In this document: piece by piece, positions 63,124 to 64,000 of the stretch | Layout: each line of letters opens with the position of its first letter | Numbering within the stretch: position 1 is the first letter of the stretch | Assembly: GCA_019704295.1 (NCBI GenBank) | Contig: AP024596.1 | Span: 128,001-192,000 of the forward strand | DNA length: 64,000 bases | Direction: 5' to 3' | Source: Sulfolobales archaeon HS-7 | GTDB taxonomy: Archaea > Thermoproteota > Thermoprotei_A > Sulfolobales > Sulfolobaceae | Notes under the pieces: model-generated | Database searches by the model: none | The model's input: the letters and a program-made list of their open reading frames with translations, nothing else | What the model was told of the DNA's origin: nothing | Position numbers and translations under genes: made by a program

Positions 63124-64000
63124 ATGAATATTTTGCTAGTGGGAATCTACGACTCGGAATTAACAATGAGAAGCTTTTACCCTATAGATCTTAACGGGGA
63201 ACAATCTGCCTCTCCGGAGGAGGCTAAAATTTCCCTGTTAGCTGAGTCGAACTTTTTAAAATCTCAAGGACATAACGTTAAAGTCGTCGTAATTACAGCA
63301 CTCGATCAGATTAGACTCTTGCCTGAAATACCAGATATCAAGTTGTGGAGAAACGTGATAAAGGGTAAGGTAAAGGAGGCGCTTGGGGTGGAGCCAGAGG
63401 TAATTCCTTCAGTAGGAGAGTTCGTCTGGAAGGACATGCGTATTTCATTCTCTGGAACCATAGGTAACTACATGTTCGCGCTATACTACATCATATGGAA
63501 CGTCATGAATGAGTTTAGTCCAGACGTGGTATTCCTCGACACCACTAACGGCTTCACAATTCACACAGCAGCAGCCTCTAGGGCAGTTAGGTTGTGTACA
63601 GAGGACTATAACGTAATTCAGGATAGAGGAGAAACCTACTTTATTCACGCGAACGCCGGGGAGGGCAATGAAAAAGCTCCATCTAGAATTCACGTTATAG
63701 TAAAGAGGGCGATTAAGGACGTTAAAATACCTCAATATCTTAACGATGATATCAAGATAGGAAAGGAAATTGTTGGAAATGAGGAGAAGATCATTCCAGC
63801 TAAGGGAAAATCCGATATTTTAGGAATATCGTGGTCCATTGAAAACGGCTACCCACTTCCGATTGCCTACATAGCTAAAGAGGCAAACCTGGAGGAATAC
63901 ACAAATCCCAGTGTGCTTTTCGGAAAACTGAATTCGGAGTTCGTATCGGAGAAAAAAGATAACGTCTTAACAGTTTCACCTTCCCTTCATTTAAACGAAA
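63124..64000 (+). CDS. Csx1-like CARF-domain protein (TM1812/DxTHG family), 3' end outside the window
   Basis: Hand translation, open for 292 codons: MNILLVGIYD...VKVVVITALD...EVIPSVGEF...FSG...VFLDTTNGF...IENGYPL. These correspond to the Csx1 VxPxxGx(Y/F), LDxTHGxN and GLPL motifs. Not in the ORF track. Confidence 0.7.
   Translation, partial: MNILLVGIYDSELTMRSFYPIDLNGEQSASPEEAKISLLAESNFLKSQGHNVKVVVITALDQIRLLPEIPDIKLWRNVIKGKVKEALGVEPEVIPSVGEFVWKDMRISFSGTIGNYMFALYYIIWNVMNEFSPDVVFLDTTNGFTIHTAAASRAVRLCTEDYNVIQDRGETYFIHANAGEGNEKAPSRIHVIVKRAIKDVKIPQYLNDDIKIGKEIVGNEEKIIPAKGKSDILGISWSIENGYPLPIAYIAKEANLEEYTNPSVLFGKLNSEFVSEKKDNVLTVSPSLHLNE

Noticed and set aside
63481-63735. 84-aa Cys-rich minus-strand ORF
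   Set aside because: Antisense to the Csx1-like gene
1-64000. tRNA, rRNA, intact CRISPR array, replication-origin ORB boxes, integrase
   Set aside because: None recognised by eye. tRNAscan-SE, CRISPRCasFinder and Infernal would be needed to exclude them formally.

Overview
AT-rich archaeal chromosome segment with the gene content of a thermoacidophilic Sulfolobales member (SoxABC/SoxL respiratory locus, GH57/GlgA glycogen cluster, GH116 glycosidase, KdgK, many likely leaderless genes with a TATA box about 25-30 nt upstream of the start). It is mostly housekeeping and metabolic DNA: six MFS transporters, an APC permease, three ABC-2 exporter modules, several regulators (ArsR, DtxR, two tandem-HTH Lrp-like), peroxiredoxin, photolyase, ThiD, RbsK and an ADP-forming acyl-CoA synthetase. 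Decayed mobile DNA is interspersed: several IS200/IS605 (tnpB) relics and an IS5-like relic. Points the ORF track does not show: a partial GH116 gene at the left edge; a divergent Csx1-like CARF gene (DTTNG instead of DxTHG) at the right edge; a HEPN-MNT toxin-antitoxin pair bracketed by a perfect 159-bp direct repeat of a kaiC-like pseudogene start, with CRISPR-repeat-like remnants just upstream; an unannotated 49-aa membrane ORF in a train of four small membrane proteins behind soxL; a DUF1404 gene in frame with soxC that lacks a canonical start; and an orphan TnpB omega-RNA-like element with its own TATA box. No tRNA, rRNA or intact CRISPR array was seen. All family calls come from motif recognition by eye, not database searches.
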